DNA of 64,000 bases, taken from Candidatus Bathyarchaeota archaeon (GTDB lineage Archaea > Thermoproteota > Bathyarchaeia > 40CM-2-53-6). Position 1 is the first letter of the stretch. Each line of letters starts with the position of its first letter. The notes beneath the pieces are model-generated. The model saw nothing but the letters and a program-made list of their open reading frames with translations. It did not search any database and was not told the DNA's origin. The DNA lies in the NCBI GenBank assembly GCA_963706285.1, contig CAVPLU010000004.1, positions 64,001 through 128,000 of the forward strand. The letters run 5' to 3'. Of the stretch, positions 9,921 through 19,317 are shown one piece after another. Made by a program: the position numbers and the translations under genes.

Positions 9921-10178
9921 CTAGTCATCTTCCTCTTCCGACGGATCATCTTCGGCTTCCGGCAAGTCCGGGGGCTCTTCGGTTTTCTCTTTGAATCCTT
10001 TTTCCTCGAAGTTTGAGACGCGTTGAAGCGCTTCACTGAGAGCCGTCTTCGGAATCATGACGCTCATGTGCTTCTTCTCTTCCTCAGAATCATTTCGAAG
10101 CCTCAGCATGACCCAGTAGGTTTTGGATTCCTTGTCAACGCAAAGGTCGATTCTAGCCTGCCAAACATCAGAAGACAA
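9921..10178 (-). CDS. Small hypothetical protein with acidic tail
   Basis: ORF with GGAGG upstream of the TTG start and a D/E-rich C-terminus. Confidence 0.6.
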   Translation of the reverse strand: MSSDVWQARIDLCVDKESKTYWVMLRLRNDSEEEKKHMSVMIPKTALSEALQRVSNFEEKGFKEKTEEPPDLPEAEDDPSEEEDD

Positions 10179-10290
10179 ATCAGCGCCTCCACGAACTATT
10201 TCGAACTAAGAGATCAAGTCACGCACTTAAGAAATCCGTTCTTCAATGAAACACTTGGGATAATTTCGACTTTGAGTTAGAATATTGGGA

Positions 10291-10322
10291 GACCGTGACC
10301 TGGGGGTCGACAAGTCACGGTC
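10291..10322. other. Perfect 9-bp stem-loop
   Basis: GACCGTGAC / GTCACGGTC inverted repeat in an intergenic region. Confidence 0.6.
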
Positions 10323-10378
10323 CATGCGGAGTCATGCTAGGCTTGTGTGAGTTCTTTGCTGTATGCGATTTGAACGGT

Positions 10379-10738
10379 TCATCTGTCTATTCGCCAGGTT
10401 CGAACAACCGCGATAGGGAAAGAAAGAGCAAGCGAGGGCAACATTCCGAATTCCCGGTGTAGTTTGTTCTGCACGGAGTTTCTAATCTCTCTAGTGAGCG
10501 TGTTCGAATTGGAATGGGATGCGTCGTCATTGTTGTGGTTGGAAGAGGGGGAGTAGTGAGATCGATTCTCATATTGTGTCGTGGATGTTTTGGAACTGGG
10601 GCTACTCTGAGAAACGGCGCGGCGGTCTTTACTGCCTATTCTGACTGCAGCTTTGATGATGCGGTGTGCCAGAAGTGTGGGTCCCATTGCTATCGATGCG
10701 TGTGGCATTCGGAGAGCTCTGGTGGCGTATTGATTCAT
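10379..10738 (-). CDS. Hypothetical low-complexity Ser/Asn-rich protein
   Basis: ATG start with a TATA-like TAATATA about 35 nt upstream; no recognisable family. Confidence 0.35.
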   Translation of the reverse strand: MNQYATRALRMPHASIAMGPTLLAHRIIKAAVRIGSKDRRAVSQSSPSSKTSTTQYENRSHYSPSSNHNNDDASHSNSNTLTREIRNSVQNKLHREFGMLPSLALSFPIAVVRTWRIDR

Positions 10739-10888
10739 GGCTATCCCTAAGAAGTCACATGGACGATAGGTATATTAGCGTTCCGATTATGGTACGCTAA
10801 TGTACCATATTGAAGCCATTATGACACACTTGGGAAAAGGATTTTCCAAGATTACCTAGGTACACGATGCACGAGTCCTTCGAAATTA

Positions 10889-12097
10889 CTATCGTCTCAT
10901 TGCCCTTTCGAACAATGGTATTGCGGCGGTCATTGTCAAAATCGTGTAGGCGATGAGTATGAGCACGTCGGGTGTGATGGCGGCTAGACTGGCGTTGAGA
11001 ATTATCACTTTGCGCAAAGCATCTGCTGCATAGTAGAGCGGCAGAGCTTTTCCAATGTACTGCAGCCATTGTGGCAGCTGGTCGATTGGGAATAGGATGC
11101 CGCTGATGAACATCATTGGGAATTGGAGGATTAGCGTCATCATTTGGGCGGTTTCTTGATCGGGAGCGACCGCGGTCATGATGATGCCTACGCCTACGAA
11201 ACTCGCTGTCCCAAGCAGCAGGACGATGAACATGATGACTGGGCTGCCGTATATTTGTACGCCAAAGAGTAGCATGGATAGCCCGAGTATAAGGAACCCT
11301 TGAATCAGTCCACGTACAGTTTGCGCTGCCACCTTGCCGAGGATGATTGACGTGTGCGGGATAGGCGCGACGAGGAGCCCGTCCATTGTTCCCTGCTCCT
11401 TTTCACGGGATATGGCGGTAGCGACTCCTTGAAGGGAGCCCGTGATTACGGTCAGTGCCATAAAGCCCGGTGCCAGGAATTGAAACGAAGAAGAGACGCC
11501 GTTGATCAGCGGTATGCTCGTGACAGAGATAGGCTGCATGATGAAAGTGGGATTCACTCCGTTGCCAGCCATGTTTGCGAGGTTTTGTGCGGATATGCTT
11601 GAACCGATTATGTTGAAAACGACCGAGATCTCCGAGCTAACCACAGAGGCAGTTGTTGGATTCGTTTCATCGACTGTTACCTGGACGGTGCCGGGCTGTC
11701 CAGCTTCTAGGGCATCGCTGAAGCCTTGCGGTATGATTATGATGCCTTTCAGTCGTCCTTCCACAAGTTGATTGCGGGCAGTTTCGTAGCTGGCGCTTTC
11801 GGAGACAGCGAACAAACCTTGTTGTTGTGAGATTTGGATAAATTGGGCGGCAATCGAGTTCGCTGTCTGACCATCATCCATCAGGACCAACGATATCGGA
11901 AGGTTCGGGAACGCTGTGCCTATGCTGCCTGTGTTGGGATTGGATTTGGGCATTGGCGGATAGATGTTGCCGAACATGCTCATCAGTAGGATCGGGAATA
12001 GAATGAAGAAGAAGAGCAGCATCTTGGACCGCCAGAGGTCCAAGAGATCGCGGCGTGCGATATCCAGCGCCAGGTCCCAAGTGATTGTTTCTACCAT
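10889..12097 (-). CDS. ABC-2 type exporter permease
   Basis: ISREKEQGTMDGLLVAP, FISGILFPI, PLYYAADALR; start re-called at MVETITW. Confidence 0.92.
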   Translation of the reverse strand: MVETITWDLALDIARRDLLDLWRSKMLLFFFILFPILLMSMFGNIYPPMPKSNPNTGSIGTAFPNLPISLVLMDDGQTANSIAAQFIQISQQQGLFAVSESASYETARNQLVEGRLKGIIIIPQGFSDALEAGQPGTVQVTVDETNPTTASVVSSEISVVFNIIGSSISAQNLANMAGNGVNPTFIMQPISVTSIPLINGVSSSFQFLAPGFMALTVITGSLQGVATAISREKEQGTMDGLLVAPIPHTSIILGKVAAQTVRGLIQGFLILGLSMLLFGVQIYGSPVIMFIVLLLGTASFVGVGIIMTAVAPDQETAQMMTLILQFPMMFISGILFPIDQLPQWLQYIGKALPLYYAADALRKVIILNASLAAITPDVLILIAYTILTMTAAIPLFERAMRR

Positions 12098-12098
12098 T

Positions 12099-12917
12099 TC
12101 ACATTCGACCCATTGGAGCTCGCATGGAAATGCGTTCGTTTGCAGAGTCACGCAATTCGCGGCCGGTAAGCTCTAGGAAGACTTCGAGAAGGCTGTTGCT
12201 ATGGTATTTCTCTTTGAATCCGTGAGGAGTATCGACAGCCATAATCTTTCCATGGTCGATGATACAGACACGGTCCGATAGTTCGTCCGCCTCTTCCATG
12301 ATGTGTGTCGTCAGAACGACAGTGTGGCCGCGCTGCTTCAATTCCTTGACCAAATCCCTGACGAAACGTGTGCTCTGTGGATCCAGCCCGGTCGTAGGCT
12401 CGTCGAGGAAGAGGATATCGGGGTCGTGTAACAGTGCACGTATCACGTTCACTCTTTGCCTCATTCCGCTCGAAAAACCACCGACTTGCTTGTCTTTGAA
12501 CGGGGTCAGCTTGACCATTTCCAGCAGTTCCTCGGATTTCTTCCGCAGTGCATCTCGATCGATTCTGTACAGTTTGCCAAAGAACATGAGGTTCTCAAGA
12601 GCAGTTAGTCGCGGATACATGATTAGCTTCTCAGAAACTAGGCCAATCCTCTTCCGCACTTCGTTCGCTTGGTGGACAACGTCATACCCGTCAACGCTGG
12701 CGGTTCCGGACGAGGGTGAGAGTAGGGTGCAGAGTATTCGTATTGTTGTGGTCTTGCCCGCGCCGTTCGGTCCGAGGAAGCCGTAGATTTCTCCCTTGCT
12801 AACGGTGAGGTCAACGTGGTCAACCGCTGTGAAGCTATTGAAGGTCTTCGTGAGACCGTGAGTTTCAATGGCGTAGCGAGCTGGCGAAGTCAATTCAGTT
12901 CTCTGTAGAGTCATCAT
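12099..12917 (-). CDS. ABC-2 type exporter ATP-binding protein (DrrA-like)
   Basis: GPNGAGKTT, FSSGMRQR, LDEPTTGLDP, TTHIMEEA. Confidence 0.94.
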   Translation of the reverse strand: MMTLQRTELTSPARYAIETHGLTKTFNSFTAVDHVDLTVSKGEIYGFLGPNGAGKTTTIRILCTLLSPSSGTASVDGYDVVHQANEVRKRIGLVSEKLIMYPRLTALENLMFFGKLYRIDRDALRKKSEELLEMVKLTPFKDKQVGGFSSGMRQRVNVIRALLHDPDILFLDEPTTGLDPQSTRFVRDLVKELKQRGHTVVLTTHIMEEADELSDRVCIIDHGKIMAVDTPHGFKEKYHSNSLLEVFLELTGRELRDSANERISMRAPMGRM

Positions 12918-13263
12918 GGGCCTCCAGTCGATTCCTGTCGCGCTTCCAATTCCTTCTTCTAGAGTAGGCTTACTCGAAATGAGCTAAGGGATGAATTGAC
13001 AATGTCGAGCTGCACTTCCGATTTTGCCTCTTCCATCTCTTGTTCGTTCTCACTTTGTCTCACGCATAGAGTGCTTTGGGGATTTCGGTTGGGATTACAG
13101 CCTTCTCTAGCTAATATTGTGAAAATTCTGAGAAGCAATTCGAGTGTTGTGGAGCTGGGCTAGAATGCACCCGACGTGTGGGCATCGACTCGACTCAGCT
13201 TGGAACCTTCGTCCCCTCACGAGCCCGAACTCAGCACGGTTTTGGATAGCCGAGTTCAATTCT

Positions 13264-13283
13264 GCTCCTCTGGAAAGAGGAGC
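13264..13283 (-). terminator. 8-bp hairpin immediately after the ZIP transporter stop codon
   Basis: GCTCCTCT-GGAA-AGAGGAGC abutting the stop at 13284. Confidence 0.5.
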
Positions 13284-14048
13284 CTAACTTGCACCGAACA
13301 TCACTGTAGCGACATAGTTCACGATTGTCATGAATAGGAAGCCTATCATGAAACAAGTTGTGGCTGCCCTCTCGTAACCGTGGCTGTGACTCTCTGGTAT
13401 CATCTCGTCGAAGATGACGTAGAGCATTGCTCCTCCAGCAAAAGCCAGAGCGTAAGGAAGCATCCCACGGAACATACCGACGAGAAGTAGAGCCGCGAAT
13501 GCGCAGAATGGCTCCACCACACCGGACAGCAGTCCAGCAAGGAAACTGTTGCGCGTCGAAAAGCCTTGGCTCCTGAGAGGAACCGAGACGAGGAAACCTT
13601 CAGGTATGTTCTGCAGCGCAATACCCAGAGCCACAGTGCTTCCGAAGACCGTGACACCTCCAGAGTAGGCTGTGCCTGTGGCAAACCCTTCTGGAAAATT
13701 GTGGATGACAATGGCGGCCACCATCATAAGCGTGGCCCGCATACTCTTGGTGAGCTGTTGATTGGGAATCATCATCGCGTGAATGTGGGGAAGGTACTTG
13801 TCTGCCATTGAGAGTGCCGTGGCTCCAAGCGCGATCCCAATTATGACTGGAATGAAATTCTCCTTGTTTGGTCCCAAGGCCTCAGGTATGAGGCTGAGGG
13901 CCGTGACAGACAGCATGAGCCCCGCTGAAAGGCCTATCAACGCATCTCGCATCTTGTGGCTCGTTGCCTTGATGAAGAACACTAGCGCGGCGCCCAAGCT
14001 TGTGCTCATGCCAACAAAAACGACGAGCACAACTACCTGAAGATCCAA
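13284..14048 (-). CDS. ZIP family metal transporter (ZupT/GufA)
   Basis: IHNFPEG, LQNIPEG, SGVVEP, EMIPESH. Confidence 0.94.
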   Translation of the reverse strand: MDLQVVVLVVFVGMSTSLGAALVFFIKATSHKMRDALIGLSAGLMLSVTALSLIPEALGPNKENFIPVIIGIALGATALSMADKYLPHIHAMMIPNQQLTKSMRATLMMVAAIVIHNFPEGFATGTAYSGGVTVFGSTVALGIALQNIPEGFLVSVPLRSQGFSTRNSFLAGLLSGVVEPFCAFAALLLVGMFRGMLPYALAFAGGAMLYVIFDEMIPESHSHGYERAATTCFMIGFLFMTIVNYVATVMFGAS

Positions 14049-14176
14049 CGATCACATCACCGCTCCGGCACACGCGATGAAATTCTGATGTGTGGCCGGT
14101 CGTATTGTATCTTTTGCCGCGTACGCGCACAGTATAATGTATCTACAGACCGCAAGCCCGAGGGAGATTCAGTGGC

Positions 14177-14578
14177 TTACTTCTTCTCTTTTTCTCTCTC
14201 TTTCTCTTTTTCTTCCAGCGTCTTACCGCATTTCTGGCAGAATTTCGCGTCTAGGAGGTTCTTGTGTTTGCAGACAGGGCAAGTCTTCATCGGCACCGAC
14301 TCCAGCGAAGTGGAGCCTTTGATGAAGACCACATCTCCGATCCTCTCGACCTGGTCGAACGGAAGGTAGGACTCTTCCTCTCTCCCTCTCTCGACGACGA
14401 TGGCTAGCTTTCCGCTGTCGGACCATGCCAGGTCCTTTACGATGCCAATCTTCTTAGCAGCGTCATCAATTATCTCCTTACCGGCAACTTCTTCCCGGCG
14501 ATGCCACTTAACCAAGAACCCGTCTCCACCAGCTAATTTTGGATCATTCAGTGTATTTAGCATTGTCTCGCCGTTCAT
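14177..14578 (-). CDS. PRC-barrel domain protein with C-terminal zinc ribbon
   Basis: GKEIIDD..KKIGIVKDL...LPFDQVERIGDVVFIK (PRC barrel) plus CPVC-x10-CQKCG. Confidence 0.8.
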   Translation of the reverse strand: MNGETMLNTLNDPKLAGGDGFLVKWHRREEVAGKEIIDDAAKKIGIVKDLAWSDSGKLAIVVERGREEESYLPFDQVERIGDVVFIKGSTSLESVPMKTCPVCKHKNLLDAKFCQKCGKTLEEKEKEREKEKK

Positions 14579-14695
14579 ATGGGCGGATGCCAGAAATCGA
14601 AGCGCCGAACAGCGTCTTCGGGGCAGGCTGTCTTCAAGATTGAAATTCCCGTATGCATGAAGCGTTCATAGACTCGCATGAGAGGTTGAAGATGG

Positions 14696-15760
14696 ATGAA
14701 AGCACGCGCCCTTGTTGTCGCGCTCAGCAAGGGTCAGACCGCAATTGACTTGACTCGAAGAATGCGCCTCATCAACCACTCATTCAAGGTCACAACAACA
14801 GGTAGTGAGCTTTGGATCCCGCTCCTACGGCCGATTCAGGATCCGGAATACATTCACCTCTCGACCGCATTGGGTCGAATCAGGATCGAGGAACAAGAGT
14901 TCAGCGAAAGATCACATCGTCCACGAACATTGGAAGAGGCGCTCAAGGGACAACTTCCACCCGATCTCCTTGCAGTTGTTCCGAAATCGCTCGACATAGT
15001 CGGCCACATAGCGATCGTTGAACTCCCGGATGAACTTGCCTCCTTTGACGCACTTGTAGGGAAGGGTGTGCTGGAGATTTGTCCAAGCGTTAGTACCGTG
15101 ATGGCGAAGGCTGGAGAATTCTCCACCGAATACAGAACCAGAGAACTTAGACTGATTGCAGGCGAAGACAACCCAGTAACACACTACAGAGAACATGGTT
15201 GCGTCTACGAGCTAGATGTCAAGACCGTTTTCTTCAGTCCTCGACTCAGCCACGAGCGCTTGCGAATCGCTTCACAAGTCCAACCAAGAGAAACAGTGGT
15301 AGACATGTTCGCTGGAGTGGGTCCGTACTCTATACTCATAGCAAAGAAGCAGCCGCTGTCTACTGTTTACGCTGTAGATGCGAACCCTTCAGCGTTCAAG
15401 TTTCTGGTCTCAAACATACTCGCCAACCGAGTTCTCAGTAATGTCAAGCCCATGATGGGAGATGCGCGAGAAGTAGTCAGATCAAACCTCTCGAAAGTGG
15501 CTGATAGAGTAATCATGAATCTCCCTGGTAGCGCCTCGGAATTCATTGACGTAGCCTGCTCAAGCCTAAGCGAAAAAGGAGGCATCATCCACTTCTACTC
15601 ATTCGAATCCACAAAGAACGCATATGACGCCGCAACAGGAAAACTGAAAGAACGAATTGAAGCGTCTGGAAGAAAGCTGGAATCAATTCTAGCCGTTAGG
15701 ACTGTGAAAGAGATCGCTCCCTACCGTGTTCAAGTAGCCGTCGACGCTCACGTTGCCTGA
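14696..15760 (+). CDS. trm5: tRNA (guanine-37-N1)-methyltransferase, Trm5/TYW2 family
   Basis: DIVGHIAI, FFSPRLSHER, VDMFAGVGPY, DRVIMNLP. Confidence 0.88.
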   Translation: MKARALVVALSKGQTAIDLTRRMRLINHSFKVTTTGSELWIPLLRPIQDPEYIHLSTALGRIRIEEQEFSERSHRPRTLEEALKGQLPPDLLAVVPKSLDIVGHIAIVELPDELASFDALVGKGVLEICPSVSTVMAKAGEFSTEYRTRELRLIAGEDNPVTHYREHGCVYELDVKTVFFSPRLSHERLRIASQVQPRETVVDMFAGVGPYSILIAKKQPLSTVYAVDANPSAFKFLVSNILANRVLSNVKPMMGDAREVVRSNLSKVADRVIMNLPGSASEFIDVACSSLSEKGGIIHFYSFESTKNAYDAATGKLKERIEASGRKLESILAVRTVKEIAPYRVQVAVDAHVA

Positions 15761-15766
15761 TCGTGA

Positions 15767-16198
15767 TCACAGATCGAGTTCCGCGATCAGTTCGATTCGA
15801 ATTCGCGTACGTGGGTCGCGAAGCATCCTGACGAATTCGCGGTTCAGATCCGAAGCGGACTTGTTCGCTTGAACCATGATGGTTCTGTTGCATGTGTAGT
15901 TGCTCTTGCGTGCAACCAGATCAGTTGGATGCGTGAGTGTGAGTTTGGTGTCTCCTCGTCCTGTGATAGTCTCGCTCCGTCCTCCGGCTTCAATCGTGAG
16001 AGTCACGTGCGTTTCGTTGTTCCTCATCAGTTTCGAGAATTCCGGCGAAAGATCGGCGCACCCTTTGGAGGCGCAGGTAGCGACTATGCAGTCTCCCCTC
16101 TTTGTGAGGTGAGTTTCCTTGGTGATCTCAAGTGTCATCTGATGGGTAGCCCTGATCTCAGGATGTCCTGACGCTTGAATCACTTCGACGATCCGCAT
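15767..16198 (-). CDS. DUF371 family protein
   Basis: GHPEIRATH..TLEITKE..LT.RGDCI, ARKSNY, ANKSA. Confidence 0.9.
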   Translation of the reverse strand: MRIVEVIQASGHPEIRATHQMTLEITKETHLTKRGDCIVATCASKGCADLSPEFSKLMRNNETHVTLTIEAGGRSETITGRGDTKLTLTHPTDLVARKSNYTCNRTIMVQANKSASDLNREFVRMLRDPRTRIRIELIAELDL

Positions 16199-16286
16199 GA
16201 TCGGTTTCGCTTTCTAGTTTGGTGTGGTTGTTCTAAGGCTTTTATCGGCGCTTTGCACTAGGCCCTTTTCGGATCGGGCGCTAGGT

Positions 16287-16970
16287 TTGACTGACTTCTC
16301 TGAGAAGCGGAGAAGAGTTGTCGAGGCGCTTAGATCCGAAGGCGTCCTACACGACCACCGCGTCATTCAGGCAATGCTGAAAGTTCCGCGTGAATTGTTT
16401 CTGCGAACTGAGGAAATGCAGTATGCGTATGTTGATTCTCCACTCCCTATTGGTCATGGACAGACAACGAGTGCTCTGCACATGACCGCGATGTTCTGCG
16501 AGTATGCCGAAATGAAACCTGGCCAGAAGGTGCTAGAGGTTGGTACGGGTTGCGGATACATGAGTTGCGTCTACGCAGAGGTCGTCGCTCCCAGCGATCG
16601 ACCTGAACGGGAGTGGGGTCATGTGTGGTCGGTGGAGATAATCAAGGAGCTGGCTGAATCCGCGGAACTCAACGTTGAGAAAGCAGGATACTCGAAGAGA
16701 GTCAATGTGCTCCACGGAGACGCATCCGTCGGGCTCCCAGAACATGGTCCCTATGATGTGATAATCGTAACGAGCGCGGCGCCTGACGTTCCATCTCCAC
16801 TGACGGAGCAACTTAGCCCTGGCGGTGTCCTATTGATACCGCTTGGAACACCACACTTCTTCCAAGAACTCTACCGTGTGAGAAAGAACGATGATGGAAA
16901 GGTGACACGCGAGAATATGGGTGGGGTTGCGTTTGTGCCCATGAGAGGACGCCACGGATGGCATGAATAA
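16287..16970 (+). CDS. pcm: Protein-L-isoaspartate O-methyltransferase
   Basis: VPRELF, AYVDSPLPIGHGQT, LEVGTGCGY, PYDVIIVT, VAFVPM. Confidence 0.95.
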   Translation: MTDFSEKRRRVVEALRSEGVLHDHRVIQAMLKVPRELFLRTEEMQYAYVDSPLPIGHGQTTSALHMTAMFCEYAEMKPGQKVLEVGTGCGYMSCVYAEVVAPSDRPEREWGHVWSVEIIKELAESAELNVEKAGYSKRVNVLHGDASVGLPEHGPYDVIIVTSAAPDVPSPLTEQLSPGGVLLIPLGTPHFFQELYRVRKNDDGKVTRENMGGVAFVPMRGRHGWHE

Positions 16971-17081
16971 GACCCAGCGAAGTCATCTGGACCGAGAGCC
17001 ACGCGAGATGAGACTTCTTATCTAGTCCGAGAGATGCGATCTCGCCCAGTGGAAAGGGAGCCTAGCGGGTTCGTCAGAAAG

Positions 17082-17162
17082 CGCGGGAGGGGGGATTCGA
17101 ACCCCCGAACTGAAGCTGACTTCGCCTTCGGCTCGTCAGGGCTTACGCCATAGGCTCCTGAA
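17082..17162 (-). pseudogene. 3' half of tRNA-Leu(CAG), from the anticodon loop to the acceptor stem, with a 30-nt insert; att-like remnant
   Basis: Minus strand TTCAGGA-GCCTA-TGGCGTAAGCC-[30 nt]-TTC-GGGGGTTCGAATCCCCC-CTCCCGC-G; no D arm or 5' acceptor strand upstream. Confidence 0.8.
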
Positions 17163-17334
17163 CTATTATCATTCGACATACAATAATTCCCTCAACATCC
17201 AAACATTGTACGTTCAAACCTATAGGGAATGAGGGGTCCATTTTATTTTGGTTCTCAAGATTCGATCATGGTGTCATGATGAGAGTCCCGCGATTCTTGC
17301 AGTCTTGCTTGGAACATATCTGCAATAGGGTTTG

Positions 17335-17739
17335 TCATTTAGAAGTACTGACTTCTGCCTGAGGCCACTTCCATGCGTACCAGACAATGAATGAAGTGGT
17401 CAGGATTTCTATGGCTCCAAAGAATAGGTAGTAAGTGGTTGTCGTCCCACTCGATATCGGAAGGATAAACTGTATTGACAAAGTAACTAAAGCATACGCT
17501 GTGCCTGCGATGATGTTTGTCCAGCGATTGGCCCTGTATTTCAATACCCGGTAGAGGATAACCATCGCCATCGGTATCTCCATGAGGACTGACACTCCAA
17601 GCAGGGTGGCTGGAGTGAATTGAATAGACCCAAGTTTGCCGTTGTAGATTATGTCAAACAATGCGAGAACGTCCGCATAGACAAAATTGAACATTAGAAA
17701 GACCCACAGCGTCGAGAGTCTTGCTTTCCTGTCTTCCAT
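17335..17739 (-). CDS. DUF6326-like membrane protein
   Basis: LSTLWVFLMFNFVYADV...EIPMAMVIL...NRWTNIIAG...IVWYAWKW; GAGGTGA upstream of ATG 17739. Confidence 0.8.
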   Translation of the reverse strand: MEDRKARLSTLWVFLMFNFVYADVLALFDIIYNGKLGSIQFTPATLLGVSVLMEIPMAMVILYRVLKYRANRWTNIIAGTAYALVTLSIQFILPISSGTTTTYYLFFGAIEILTTSFIVWYAWKWPQAEVSTSK

Positions 17740-18117
17740 AGCGATCACCTCTCTGTTTGCGGCTCTTGAGCCTTGCAGGATATTTGAAAGTTCGGGTTCA
17801 CGGTTCCAGCAACCCGTCTGAGGATGATGCGCTTCGAAAGATGAGGTAAACATAACCTATTCTCACTCACTTACGTTTGGGTCTCGCCACGTTTGGACCC
17901 GTAACTTTCCACTAGAATAACATATGACTAGAACAACGAGGCGAGTTGTGTCTAATGGTTCTCGGAGATTGAGCAAGTCCTGACCAGCTCTACCGTGCTG
18001 GCGGTTCCGAGGGGGCAAAACCACAAATCAAAGCGGTAACATGATTACATGATGGTTCGCTTTGCCAAAAAGCGCTAGCAAGCTAGACGGCGGGTAAGAA
18101 TCCCCATTTCTCGAGCC

Positions 18118-18600
18118 GTGTTGAATGCAAGGAACCCAATAGTCCATGTCGACAAGTCTTGGGACCACGTGAATAGGCGCTCAAAAGACCGAAGAATAGT
18201 GTACTTCATTTTAGGCGACAAGGACTTCCTGTATGACAAGGGACCGATCTACTCCAAGGTCAACGGTGGCCGATCAAGGATATTGTACATTGGGATGACT
18301 GAAAAGAAAGATGCGAACGTCCTTCTTACTCTGAGGAGAAAAGCAACAGAACTTTGGCATTGGGGTCTCAAGCACTTGGAAGTCAGATACATATCACCAC
18401 AGGGACGACAAAACGTCTCTGCTGTGGACGAACTCGAGACAGTCTGTCTCTATGAGTTTGCCCAGATGTTTGGTCGTCTTCCTCTTGGGAACGTGAAGCC
18501 GAAGTGGAACAGATATTCCGATAAGGAACTGGAAAAGGTCTTCCGTCACTATCCACCGTTTGAAACAATCAGACCTTTGCTGCGGGAGGCAGGAGACTAG
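18118..18600 (+). CDS. GIY-YIG-like nuclease (start uncertain)
   Basis: IVYFI...RILYIGMT, conserved Glu in ELETVCL and Asn in GRLPLGN. Confidence 0.65.
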   Translation: MLNARNPIVHVDKSWDHVNRRSKDRRIVYFILGDKDFLYDKGPIYSKVNGGRSRILYIGMTEKKDANVLLTLRRKATELWHWGLKHLEVRYISPQGRQNVSAVDELETVCLYEFAQMFGRLPLGNVKPKWNRYSDKELEKVFRHYPPFETIRPLLREAGD

Positions 18601-18699
18601 AGCTACTTGTGCTCTCTATTTGTCAGGGATACCGACAAGCTCGACAGATCTTTCGATACGATGTTCATTATCGTCTGAGTTTTCAATGTTGGCCTGATA

Positions 18700-19137
18700 T
18701 TGTCCACGAGTGTGAGGCTTGGTGAGACTTCACTTGCAGCGAACTCGGCAGCGATAACCCAGCAAATGATTCCAATTATGTTGCTAGTAATCGTCTGGTG
18801 GGCAGCTGGATTTTACGACAAGCTTGGACTCAAGATACTGGGATGGTTCATCTTATTCATACTCGTTTTCTATTCAAGCGTGTTTCTTCTGATAATGCTT
18901 GGTGTGGACAGATACTTCGGATTCAATGTAATGTATCTTGTCTATTTGTATGTGGTATTGCCTCTTCCATCATCAGCGGTCGCGTGGAAAATAAAGAACC
19001 GTTATTGCTCATTGCTTAACCGTCGCTTAACTGGTCGGGAGAAGCTCGTAGGTGTGAGTCTGATTATCCTGTTCGCGGCGTACTGGTTCATTGTTCCATG
19101 GGATCTGACTTCAATTGGCATACCATGGTGGCTGTAA
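18700..19137 (+). CDS. Hypothetical four-TM membrane protein
   Basis: Four hydrophobic segments; no recognisable family. Confidence 0.6.
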   Translation: MSTSVRLGETSLAANSAAITQQMIPIMLLVIVWWAAGFYDKLGLKILGWFILFILVFYSSVFLLIMLGVDRYFGFNVMYLVYLYVVLPLPSSAVAWKIKNRYCSLLNRRLTGREKLVGVSLIILFAAYWFIVPWDLTSIGIPWWL

Positions 19138-19317
19138 GAGGTCGTGGTTCCGGTGGTGCGCACATAACTATCTTGAATTCACGCTTGGCCTCACAAGAGG
19201 ACGCTTTGAATTTGACTTCTCTCGGGCTCACCGAAGAGAGTTGGTCGAGGCATGATACACAGCGCGTGATCCTTCCCAATCTATGAATTGGCCATGTGTC
19301 TTGTTCTCATTGATGTG

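Noticed and set aside
17100-17155. Hammerhead ribozyme-like core CTGACGA-GCC-GAA-GGC-GAAG in the tRNA insert
   Set aside because: It has GAAG rather than GAAA, and no stem III or UH cleavage site can be formed in either topology.
17082-17162. Candida-like tRNA-Ser(CAG) recoding, suggested by G73 with a CAG anticodon
   Set aside because: Only a fragment is present, and CTG codons read as Leu give normal conserved motifs in the window's proteins.
17040-17165. Permuted tRNA (3' half followed by 5' half), suggested by a downstream CGCTAGGCT
   Set aside because: No GCGGGAG acceptor strand or D arm follows the 3' half; an att remnant explains it better.
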